From assembly GCA_963575745.1 (NCBI GenBank), contig CAUYUJ010000002.1, positions 1,798,001 to 1,862,000 on the forward strand: DNA of 64,000 nucleotides, given 5' to 3'. Each line of letters opens with the position of its first letter. The stretch's first letter is position 1. Source of the stretch: Prorocentrum cordatum (taxonomy: Eukaryota). Shown in pieces: positions 39,757-50,789 of the stretch. Both the position numbers and the translations under genes were made by a program. Below the pieces are notes generated by a model. The model was not told the DNA's origin, ran no database searches, and saw only the letters and a program-made list of their open reading frames with translations.

Positions 39757-42622
39757 CATCCAGGAGGACTTAGGCATTGGGCTGTATGTGGACGACGTAT
39801 CACGGATGCATATACATGCATATGAAGCGTCACCACGAGCTATGGAGCAACAGCTGAACAAAGCTACAAGCAAGCTGATCGCGTGCATCGGGGAGACGGG
39901 ACACAAACTGAAGGAAAGCAAATCTAACCACATCACGAACGTTATCGGGACTGGATCGCTTGCAGCCGTCAAAAGCATTGCAGCTTCAAGAACAGTCGTG
40001 GGCATAGTCGTTGGGGAAGCACGCGCACTTGGTCCCGCGATATCGTTCGGCGGCAGCCTTCGAGCCGAACTTCGAGGGCGAATTAAGGCAGCCAGAGCTG
40101 GGTGGAGGTCGCTTGGCAAATTGTGGTCCGAGCCGATCCAACTGCGCATGCGAAGGCTACGTTTTGTTGCGTGTGTGCAAGGAGCAGGCCTCTCAGGTCT
40201 CACTGGATTTGTTCTGCCGCGCAGCTTCGCAGACAAGCTCGACGCGGTTTTCATCAGGTTTCTGCGAGTACTCAGCAGAGGTTCAACGGAATAATTCGAT
40301 TGAAAAGAGAGAAGCGAGACACACACACACAAACGTCCTAAGCCAACACAGGATTTCTCGGGGAGTTGTGGAGTTGCGCATCCAGGGGATTCGGCGGTAT
40401 CAGAAGATGGCCAGGGACCCCCAGCAGCACTCGCAGGTTCTCGCAGGGATCTTCGGAAGCACCCAGATGGACCTCAAAGTGGGGCGCCCCCGACTTGGAC
40501 CCCAAGGAGAGCTAACTTAGCACAGCGCCCCGCGGGCCCGACAGTTCAAGGAGGACTTAGAAGTTTTCGCCAAGATCGATCCAGAGTCGCAGTTCGCGCA
40601 GGCATAGCAGAGAAGAGAAGGTTTACTCGATTTTCACGACGGAGAATTATCGCAAAGCGTTCTTCAAGAAACGCCCCAGCACATCATACACTTGTTCGAC
40701 AAGCACTGCGAGGTAGAGGAGAAGGGGGAGGCCTTCGGCAGGAACGAGCATGTGGAGGGGGAGGAGGACACGAACGAGCATGTGTCCACGCACGAAATGC
40801 CAGAATGAGAAGTTTGTGGGAGCGTGTTGTTTCGACAATGAGGGCCTTGACGGCCCGCCTGAACAAGACCTACAACATGCGGGAGTTGTATTCCATGGTC
40901 ACATCGACCAATGTGTGCCCTTGGTGCCGCAGAGCGTTTGCATCGAGGGCCGGCTGTGCACGGCGCGCGTGGACAATGTCACGTACGAGCCCCATGCGAT
41001 GTCTAACCAGAGCCGTTTCTTTCGAGTTTGCGCCGGTAGAGACATCATCGTATACTTGTAGCTTGTGCGCTCACAGTACTTCAGGGCTCTCACAACCTCT
41101 CGATTACGCCAAGCAGCACGCCGCAGGACCAGCCGAAGATGTCAATGTGGATGATCGGCCTGCCTGCCCAGGGGGCAGCAGGCTCCGCGGCAGCCGCGGC
41201 AGCGCCAGCACGAGGAGGACGCCGCATCAAGCGACCCCGTGGCAAGGGGGGTGGGCCTGGCTCAGACGACGATGCGGATGCGGCACTCTCGGGGCGAATC
41301 TTCACCGCGCAGAAGCTGACGCTCAACAACGCCCAGGTGCTACGCATCTTGATGGGAGCTCTGTTGGACTGCCTGCTGCTGGCGCTGACGCACCAGGTGG
41401 TGCTGGTGACAGACGGGCAGAAGACGGGCCAGGAGTACCACCGCATCGCAACGGAAGAGGGGCGCAAAGTTCTCGTTCCGCCGCACCTGCACATCTTCGG
41501 GTGTATTATTCCCACGCTCGCGAAGATGCAGGGCTTGCCAGAAGATACCAAGGCGATCCTCGAGCCGCTCGAAAAGCTGATGACAGTGATGGACAGAGAG
41601 TTGGTGAACGAGCTGGTGCGCTACTTCCGCATCAAGAAGACGTACAACGAGGGCAACCAGAAAGCCGACCAGGCCAATATTCACATCATGGTGAATCCCA
41701 TCGCGGTCAGCCCGTTCATGAGACCTCAGTTGTTGCAGAGATACAAGGAGAAGACGGGAGACCAGGCGGACATGCCTCAAGCAACGCTCGCGGAGATCCG
41801 CCTTCACATCATCAAAGGGCTGGTGGCCACAGGAGGCGTCGTGAAGTTGGGGAGTCCACCGCCAGGAGCTCTGGAGAGAGCCGTTCAAGCGTCGGTGCAG
41901 GAGCAATCGATGTAGCTGGACTTCAGAGAATGGCTCGTGCGGGCAGCGAGAGAGCAAAGTCAATATTGAGAGAGTTGAACAGACAGCGTCTGGAGTGAGA
42001 GGTGCACTGTATATCATGCCATGCAGTTTCCATTCAGTACTTAAATGCTGGAACGGATAAGTTTCTCTGCGTGGCTTGGATTTGCCTGGCAGTCGGTACC
42101 GAGAAGAACTACGCCGACAGCTGGACCTTCTACTGAGCTTGATGCAGTGTCAACGTGTTGAGAGAATGCTATCACTTTATTTTCCAAGCCTGGCGGCAGC
42201 AGGAGTCTGAGGAGGGGTGGAGGGATGTTGGGTTGGGAGGCGGAGGGGTCTGGAGGGGAGGACTTCGCAGCACGAAGGCACGCGTGCCGCAAACTTTTGA
42301 CGCGGCCCGAAGAGGCCGCTGCACTGCTTTTGTTTCTTATGGTCCCTTTCCCCGAGGAGCCTCCCCCCGCACCTGTCTTCCCCGAGGTTGGGGTCATGGG
42401 CCCAAGTGCTCTAAGCCTCAGCGCTTTGCGAGTTGACCGAATGCGGTGCGCCTTCGTGCTAACGCGGGCTGTTGAAGGCCCGAGATAGGCTACAAAGTCC
42501 CGCAGGCTTGCCCGAGATGCGCATTGATCGTATCAGCAGCAATTGTTCGTGGCTAGAACTCTCACCCAGCAGAGGTGAACCAGAGAGCAGAGGACTACGG
42601 CTGCCCAGGTCTTGCTTGCTTG
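39757..42622 (+). mobile_element. 5'-truncated non-LTR retrotransposon, family A copy 2 (RT C-terminal half, C2H2 fingers, nested 3' ORF)
   Basis: GLYVDDV, RALGPAI..ELRGRIKAARAGWRSLGKLW, ELRIQGIRRYQKMARDP..VLAGIFG (compare copy 1 ELAVRRIKWLQSMCRH..TLVAIFG), TNVCPWC, CSLC. Flanked by CCT tracts on both sides. Confidence 0.85.
41139..41915 (+). CDS. Intact conserved 3' ORF of family A retrotransposon (258 aa); function unknown
   Basis: Uninterrupted ORF sharing four motif blocks with 13895-14550. Confidence 0.78.
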   Translation: MSMWMIGLPAQGAAGSAAAAAAPARGGRRIKRPRGKGGGPGSDDDADAALSGRIFTAQKLTLNNAQVLRILMGALLDCLLLALTHQVVLVTDGQKTGQEYHRIATEEGRKVLVPPHLHIFGCIIPTLAKMQGLPEDTKAILEPLEKLMTVMDRELVNELVRYFRIKKTYNEGNQKADQANIHIMVNPIAVSPFMRPQLLQRYKEKTGDQADMPQATLAEIRLHIIKGLVATGGVVKLGSPPPGALERAVQASVQEQSM

Positions 42623-43998
42623 CTCCTCCTCCTCCTCCTCCTCCTCCTCCTCTTCCTCCTCCTCCTCCTCCTCCTCCTCCTCCTCCTCCTCCTCCTCCTC
42701 CTCCTCCTCCCCCTCCCCTCGAACCACAAAAATATTACGACAGGAGGTTGCTCGCTGTGTTCGGCCTCTGGGGGCCCTTGCCAGGCCTCGGGCCGTCAGA
42801 GACCGACTCGGGGCGGAATGCCGGTCCCGGGGACGGGGTCGAGACCCCTGGGGGTCGACGTTCTGCAAAATCAGGGCGTCGGGGGCAGCGAGGGCTGCAG
42901 AAAAGGCGCCCTCGATGGGCTCCCAGAGGGACCCTTCGGGGCCCCAAAGGGGGCCTTTCGGGCCCGAGGAGTGCACCCTCCTCCCCCCCATTGATCGCCG
43001 ATCGCCCCCTCCCCAGCAAGCGACGCTCAAGAGGCGCCGAAGACGTCGCGCTGGCGCCCCACGCGCACGGCCTCGGAGGACAGCGACCGCCTGCTCGAGG
43101 CGCAGGCGAACCTGAACGAGTACCTCGCGCGCGCGGCGCGGGAGGGCGGCGGCCATGCCGTCGCGGGGCGGAGCTCGCGCCAGCGCCCTGGCCGCTCGGC
43201 CTCGAGGCCGAGTCGGGCCGGACGACAGGGGCAGGATGAGGAGGGGGGTGGGGGGGGGCGAAACCTGCTGCACGCAGCTGGTGTCCGTCCCGCCGCGGGG
43301 CGCATTCCCTGAGATCCTGGCGACTGTTTTTTCGAGCCGAGAGTTGTCGCCCGGTTTCGGGCCCGGGGACCCTCACAGATCGATCCGGCTCGAAAAATGA
43401 AGCAGAAAGATGGGGTCCAGGATTCTGGTCGTGATTTCTCACGATGTCGCAATTTGTTCTGAGACGTCGGATCTCAGGTTTCCTCGATGCATGGGCGCCT
43501 CCGGGCGCCAGGAGGCCCCAGGAAGACCAGCTGCGTGAGCTGATGCTCCACCCTGCCCTCTGCGATCCTACCCCCCCAGACAGGCGACGTCCTGATTTGT
43601 GCAATACAGCGGCCCTGGAAGTACCTCTAGCCTTTCCCCGGGACCGGCGTTTCGTCCCGAGTCGTTTTCTGGCGGTCCCGAGGCCTGGCGAGGGCCCGCC
43701 GAGGACAAAATCGGTCAAAGACCTCCCGCCTTATTTTTGTTACGACGCGACCTTGTCTGGGCCTTCGTCCCCCCCGATCGAGGGAGGGCGACCTGGGCAG
43801 CGGGCGCCGCGCCCTCGCGGCCGCGGGCGGCGGCACCCCGCCCGCGGCGCCGGGCGGCGCGCGCTGGCGCCCCGGAGCCCGCGCGGCCTCGGAGCCTGGG
43901 CGCCCGCCCGAGGTGCTCCAGGCCTCCCAGATGGGGAGGGCTCACGACGGTCTCCTCCTCCTCCTCCTCCTCCGCCTCCGCCTCCGTTTCCGCCTCCG

Positions 43999-44029
<31 letters not shown>

Positions 44030-44317
44030 CTCCTCCTCCTCCTCCTCCTCTCTCCTCCTCCGCCTCCGTTTCCGCCTCCGCCTCCTTCCTCTTCCTCCTC
44101 CTCCTCCTCCTCCTCCTCCTCCTCTCCTTCTCCTCCTCCTCCGCCTCCGCCTCCGTTTCCGCCTCCGCCTCTCTTCCTCCTCCTCCTCCTCCTCCTCCTC
44201 CTCCTCCTCCTCCTCCTCCTCCTTCTCCTCCTCCTTCCTCCTCGTGGGACGGCTCAAGGCACCCATCCAGGGATGGGAAGGCTCACGACGGTCTCCTGCG
44301 AGGTCTGGAGCAGCGCT

Positions 44318-44636
44318 AGGCCTCCTAGATGAGTCCGAGTAGATGGGGTCGGAGGATCGCGCCGCATCGCCTATGCATCGGCGCTGCATCGGCGATGCGG
44401 CTCGATGTGAAGCTTGCGTCTCTCTACGCCGACGTCGCGGATGCATCGCTGGCGTCGCCAGTGCATCGCCAATGCGTCGGCGATGCATCGGCGATGCGGC
44501 TCGATGTGGAGCTTGCTTCTCTCCCTGCCGACGTCGCCAGTGCATCTCGCCGATGCCTCGGTGATGCATCGGCGATGCATCGGCGGTGCGGCGAGATCCT
44601 CCGACCCCGTCTGCTCCGACCCTATCCGGGAAGCCT
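44318..44636. mobile_element. Palindromic MITE-like family P (ATGCATCGGCG-rich core); other copies at 7128-7344 and 57995-58416, partials at 57300-57366 and 59415-59450
   Basis: ~50-bp TIR AGGCCTCCTAGATGAGTCCGAGTAGATGGGGTCGGAGGATCGCGCCGCA with its complement at the right end. The interior is iterated CGATGCATCG palindromes. Confidence 0.75.
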
Positions 44637-45199
44637 CCAGAGGTGCGGAGCCCCGGCGGGCGCGGCTCGCCCACGGGCCAGGGGTGCGTCCACGACCCGT
44701 GCGAGCAGCTGCGCAGGGACCCGTCCTCTCCAGGCTGGGGGGGGGCTCGTCGCGGACGAAGCCCTGACCCAGACATGATCGCGCCGCTAAAAAAAACAGG
44801 ATGGGAGGTTTTTGACCATATTCGGCCTCGGGTGGCCCTCTCCAGGCCTCGAGACCGTCAAAAAACGACTCAGGATGAAGAACCGGTCCCGTGGAAAGGG
44901 TCGGGACTTCCAGGGACCCCGCGTGAAAAATTCAGGACGTCGCGGCGGTCTCGCCCGGTTTCGGGCCCTGGTCCCCCCACAGATCAATGCGGCTCGAGAA
45001 ATGACGCAGGAAGACGGGGTCCAGGGCTCCAGTGGTGATTTTTGAGAGAGCGTGATCAACCGCCGCTGTACTGTGGACTACTCCCCCCTTATTCCTCTGG
45101 AGCCAGGGGGTCCCCCCAACCCCCCCTCCGAAAATCCCGCCCCCCCTGCTCGACGCCCCCCCCTCCTTCCTTCCTTCCCCCCAGCAAAACCCCCTCTCG

Positions 45200-45237
45200 T
45201 CCGTAGACATTTTGGTTCAAGCGCATTCTGGCTTAGG
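45200..45237 (+). other. DinoSL copy plus degenerate second relic
   Basis: TCCGTAGACATTTTGGTTCAAG (20/22) at 45200-45221, followed by GCATTCTGGCTTAGG (11/15 to CCATTTTGGCTCAAG). Confidence 0.88.
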
Positions 45238-48200
45238 TTTTCCACCTGGTCAGTCTCAACCATTCGTGTGCTCGGTTGAGCGCCGCCCGCGAGGCGGTGA
45301 AATCAAGGTACCATCATTCCAACGCCAGCGCCATGGTGCCCCCTCCGCCTGTTCCTCCCGCTGGTGTTCCTGGCGGCGCGGGGTGGGCAGTCCCCTCTGG
45401 GCAACCCGACGGCACGGGCTGGTCTGCAGGTCAAGGGAGCAAGAGCTGGACGCCATGGCACTGGCACCAGTACCAGCGTGGCCCACCGTGGCGTTGCACA
45501 TCATGTGGTTGCAAGAAGAACAAGGCCAGCTGGCGGTTCTGCAAGCAGCGCAAGACCCCACGACCTCACCTTGAAGCCCAACCCAACAGCCTTTTGGTCG
45601 CAGGCGGAGTTTGGGCTTAAGGCCAAGGAGGTCATCAGCCAGCTGGACAGCCACTTCCTCTTCGTGCTGGACCTCACTTCATGGCTCAGCAGCCAATGGT
45701 AGTTGAGCAGACGGAACCGACCATTGCGGAGTTCGAGCAGCTCGTTCGTTTACTCGAGAATTGCGGGGGCGTGCAGGGGGGCAGCCAAGCAGAAGGAGGC
45801 CTTCGCCACCCGCAAGAAAGCTATGGAAGTGGAGGCGCCCCTCAGTCAGCAAGTCAACGGAGCCTTTTCAAGATCTTCGGATCTGCAGGGACCGCTGTGA
45901 CAAGGCGTGCTCTCCTTATGAACGGTTGGCTGAGGAGCTCTCTAGACATCAATCTAAGCTACGTGAATGCTCGGAAGCTTTGGCTCTTGCAGAACAGAAG
46001 CATCTGCACTTGGTCGCCAAGCTCAACGCCTCGGTTTGCAAGAAGCCCAGCAGGGTCGAGATCAAGGGCGCCCTGGAGTGTAACTACCAGGACATACCAA
46101 TCAGCGTTGATCCATTGCTCGGCCCCACCTCTGCATACTATGAGTTTTCGCAGCAGGAAAGAGATGACATCGACAACAGAGTTGCCAAGCTCAAGGAAGC
46201 CTTTCAGCAGTCTATCAGGGACCTCTTCGGCGGCATGGCTGGGCACTTCAAACAATTCCAGGCGCAGCATGCTCAGGAGGTCAAGCGCCTGGCGGGCAAA
46301 AGTCGCCGGTGAGGGCGAACAGCCACCAGCCGACGGTCCTGCTGATGAGCAGAAGGCGGAGTCCCCCGAGGGCATTACCGGCGGCGCAGCGGCGCCCCAG
46401 GCTGCCCAGCAGCCTGCAGCTCAGGCGCCTGCCGCCCTTGCAGCCGCCTGCTCCAGGTGCTGGTTCGGGGGCTCCGCCTACGGCCTGGACAGGGCCCTTG
46501 GAGGTTTTGCGGGGCCCGCGGTGGACGCGTCCTCGGCCGCGAACTCGGGCGTCGACGACGCTGCTGGCAGGCCGCGTCGGTACCAGGGCAGGTCGTCGAA
46601 GGCCAAGCAGCGCACGAAACAAGGCTAAGGGCCGCACTGCGCGTCTAGCGAGGCTTCGACCCACCATTGGTGGGCAGCGGCGCAAGAATTGTTTCTCGGC
46701 TGGCCCAGCCGCGTACGGTTGCGACATTTCGGTATTTCGGATTTTGAACACCTGCAGCTGCGGCGGCTTGCAGGTCAGGTTATGAAGCCGCCGGCGCAAG
46801 GAAGGAGCTTGACCGCGCTCCTCCTGCGCCTCGGCGACCCCGCTTGGATCGCCGCCGTGGCCCCGATCGCGAGATGGGCCAAGGAAGTCTGGATCGCGCA
46901 CCGCAGGCTTGCTACCTTTCTCCACCTCGTTCGCCACGCTTCGTTCGGCTTGGAACGCCGTGTTCTCCAGGGGCCGTGGATAGTGGAGGTCCGTTTCGGG
47001 CCCGATCAGCGCGATGAGGAAGAATCTCGTGGTCCATCCCCTCCTTCACTGTGCTCCGCAATGATCGCGGCATAGATATTCGCGCGACGGAAGTCTCGGC
47101 TTCCATGGTTAGGTCCTTTTTGAAGAGGGCGGCCACTAAAACGCTCGAGTGGGATCTCGGGGCCAGGCTCAATGTGGGCCGTGCCTGTGGTGACGGTATC
47201 TGGTCTTGGCTTCGTAGCAGCAAGATGACTCCGTTCGAGAAGGGGTTCATCCGATCGTTGTTCTGCCATGCGATCTATACCCGATCTCGCGCTCGAGGGT
47301 CAGGGTGCAAGATCTCGACCACTTGCGATATGTGTGGAGAAGCCGACGACACACCTAGGCACAGACTATGGGAATGTTCTGCCTGCGAGGAGGCTCGCGC
47401 CTCCCTCATCCCTTCTAGGGTGCGCGAATGGGCTGAGCAAGCCGACGATGTTCTAGCTTCCTTTCCTTGGGTTGTCGGGCATCCAGATGAACAAAAAATC
47501 TTCAGCTTATGTATTTCGATGGAATCGTTGCCGGGTTGTGCCCAGGCGTCGAGCACCCGGACTTCGAAACCTCGTTTTCTGGTGAACTGTTCGTGGCCGG
47601 GTCCTGCTTCAACCGTGTCATCCCTGAGTTGTCCCGAGCGGGCGGGGCTGCCACGCTGCTGGGTCGCCGGACAAACGAGGAGGTGATTCGCATCAGGGGT
47701 CCTGTCTGGCCCCCCTATTCCCAAACCCTTCAAAGCGCAGAGTATGACGCCGTCGCTGCAGCCGCTCGGCATCTCAGTGGGCTCTCCACGATTTTCAGTG
47801 AGTGTTTAAACGTGTGTGATTATGTGAGAATGTACCGGGCGAACCAGACAATTATGGCTGCTGGCTGCGTTCAATTCATTTGTCACAACCTTCTCAAAAC
47901 CAACATGCAGAAGGTTAAAGCGCACCTATGTGGATGCAACCACAGATTCGGATGACAAGTTTAAGCGATTGGGGAACAACCTAGTCGACGTTTCTGCCAA
48001 AGTTGCCGCCCGCTTTCACCTTCAGCCTTGCCCGCTCGTTAGGCAGGCTGGATCAGAAGATTGCTGTCTCGCGCGCGGGGTTGGTGTTTTGGCAGCAAAG
48101 TTGTTGCCCCTTTGGCCGCCCCTGCGGCCAGGAGAGGGAGTTGAGCGTGAGAAACCGCCTGCGGCGCCCCGTGCCGACCTCGCCCCGCACCGCTGGACTC

Positions 48201-48624
48201 GCCTCTCGAGATTCTGGCGTTGTGATGGTTGTTGTAAGGTCTCCCGCTCCGACAGTCTTCCGCTGCCTGGTCATTGTCGGGGCCTACAGAAGCTAGACCC
48301 TGATGTGTTGAGCAGGCTCCAGCACCGAGTCATAAACCTTGAGTGCTCAGATGGCGTTTCTTTGGTGGTGTGTTTAAAATGCACGGCCTACTCTGGGCAC
48401 GGTAAGATGCGCAACTTTGCGCGCAATTGTCTCGGTCTCCCCAGAAGCGCGGGAGCCAGATTCGCTTGGAAGCAGATTTCCCAGGGCTTTCACCCGAAAT
48501 TCCCAGGAGTCACTGTCCAGGTCGGGCCTTGGTCACATGTTACCTGAGGTAACCGACCAGGGGAAGCCGTATTCCCTCGCTGCGGCTTTTGTTTTTTTTC
48601 AAATGTGAAAGGCCTCGCGGAGGG
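45200..48624 (+). mobile_element. Internally deleted non-LTR retrotransposon, family C copy 2 (SL, ORF1, deletion of most EN/RT, Zn finger, RNase H, C-terminal Cys/His motif)
   Basis: ORF1 from ATG 45333 with WRCTSCGCKKNKASWRFC. CDMCGEADDTPRHRLWEC at ~47323. RNase H-like LFVAGSC, SQTLQSAEY, FSECLNV, KVKAH, GNNLVDVSAK (47570-48005). C-terminal WRCDGC..H..CLKC..C..GFHP. Candidate TSD at 45181 and 48625. Confidence 0.85.
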
Positions 48625-48744
48625 CCAGCAAAACCCTCTTCCCCCTAAACCCCCCCCCCCCCCAGAAAACCGGGGGGGTGGGGCGCTACCGGTTCGGACC
48701 CCCCCCCATTCGCCGGCGGCCGCAAACGATTCCTGGGCCCCAAC

Positions 48745-49445
48745 CACCGCCCTCACAACTGTCCCCACCACCACTGTCCCCACCACTGTCCCACTGCCCC
48801 CAACGTTCCCACCATTACCCCCACCAGTGCCCCCACCACTGTCGCACTGTCCCCACAGTCCCCATCACAATCCCCACCACAATCCCCATGTCCCCACTGT
48901 CCCAACTTCCCCACTGGTCCCACCAGTGTCCCCACTGTCCCCACCAGCATCTCCATTGTCCCATTGTCCCACCACCGTCCTCACCACCGTCCTCACCACT
49001 ATCGCCATCACCACCGTCCCCGCCTCGGCCCTACTGTCCCCACTGTCCCCACCACTGTCCCACTGTCCCCACACCACTCTCCCCACCACCACCGTCCCCA
49101 CCCACTGTCCCCAGTCTCCCCACCACTGTCCCACTGTCCCCACTGCTCCCACAATTGTCCCCACCAGTGCTCCCACCAATGTCTCACTGTCCCCGCTGTC
49201 CCCGCCAGCGTCCCCACACCACTGTCCCCACCACCGCCGCCCCCACCACAGTCCCACTGTCCCCACCACTGTCCCCACCAGTTTTCCCACTGTCCCCACC
49301 CGTGCCCGCACCGGTGTCTCACTGTCCCCACTGTCCCCGCCAGTGTCCCCACCACGGTCCCACACCACTGTCCCACCGCTGTCCCCACTCCCCACCCCCG
49401 CCCCCGCCCCCGCCACCGCCCGAACCACTGTCCCCACCACGGTCT
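48745..49445. repeat. Degenerate (CCACTGTCCCCA)-type low-complexity tandem repeat
   Basis: Iterated cactgtcccca/ccacc units. Confidence 0.85.
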
Positions 49446-50789
49446 CCCATCTGGAGCGGGGGGGGAGAGGGAGTCGTTTGACGGCGGCGAGGAGGGGAGG
49501 GGGCATGACCGAACTTGTATTGGCAACGTTGGATCTGAGGGAGCACGTCCGTTTCCGCGGCCTCGCGGGCCGGGGCCCGGCCCCTGGACCGCGCCCCCGC
49601 GGGCGCGGGACTTTATCTCGCGGGTGCCCCGCGCGGAGCGTATCCGTGCAGCCGCACATCCGAAGGATGGAGCCTTGGAGTCCAGACCTCGAGGGCGTTG
49701 GGCATGATGTTCCAGCCCAGTGCGACCTTAATCGCCAGAAAGAATTTCGAGCACCAAGAAAGTACCGAAACTTGAGGGTCTTCACGCGTCGGGCCCTGGG
49801 AGACGATAGCGGGGGCAATCGATTAAGAAAATGCCCCCCCCGGGGGGCCCCAAAATGAATGAGCGGGGCAGACTAATAGAATTCAACCGCCAGAAACTGT
49901 TTTTAATCGTCTGCCCCCCTGGCGTTTTATTTTGCCGCCTTGCGGAAACTGCTGTTCTATTCGTCCTCATGCGTTCGTTTGATCACCCGCGGCCGCGGGA
50001 AGAGGATTGCGGAGAGGGGGCGTCGGAAGCGCCGCTAGAGAGTCCCAGCGCAGATGCAGGACATCCACTGAGGACCGCCGAAAGTTTATGTTTATGCAGT
50101 TTTTTCGTTCCCGACTTGAGAACCAACCTGGGGACGGCCCAGCTGTCGTCCTCGCGGACGGCGGCATGAGCTTGAAAATGAGGCCAACGCTGCCGCGGGA
50201 GCAGCGTATCGGAAGAACCTAACAAGATTGGATTGAACAACAGATATGAACAACACACTCCCCCAATCCCCTGTGTAGAAACACAGCACGCAGGAGGATT
50301 CGAACCGAGCGGAAGCTCGAAAATGAGGCCAGCGCTACCGCGGGAACAACATTTTGGAAGAGCCGAACACGAACCGATTGAAAAAACAATATGAGGAACG
50401 GATTCGCGCCAAACCTGGTGTGAAATTGAGAACACAATACGCGGAGGGACGCAGGCAACCTTCCAGAGTGCATCAGGGGAGAACGGGGAATAGTTCCCAA
50501 ATCAGAGTTTGCCTCTGTAGGGGTCCTAGCGGATTCATATCATTTGGTTAGGCTTGCCGCCGATTTTCGCCGCACGCCCGAGTGCCCGGGTGCCCGGGAG
50601 TGCCCGGGTGCCCGGGTGCCCGGGCGCCCGGGTGCCCGGGCGCGCCTGGGGGTGCCCGGGTGCCCGGGGGTGCCCGATAGCCCACTAGCCCAATAGCCCA
50701 TATAGCCCATATAGCCTTGTAGCCCTATATCCCTACCTATACGACCACCCTTCGGGTGATAAGGAGGTTCGGGGGGGGGAGGAACCAAC

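Noticed and set aside
43584..44945. One 1.4-kb element with 190-bp TIRs
   Set aside because: The two arms are better explained as separate, oppositely oriented copies of the ~185-bp family T MITE, which has its own short TIRs and occurs singly elsewhere.
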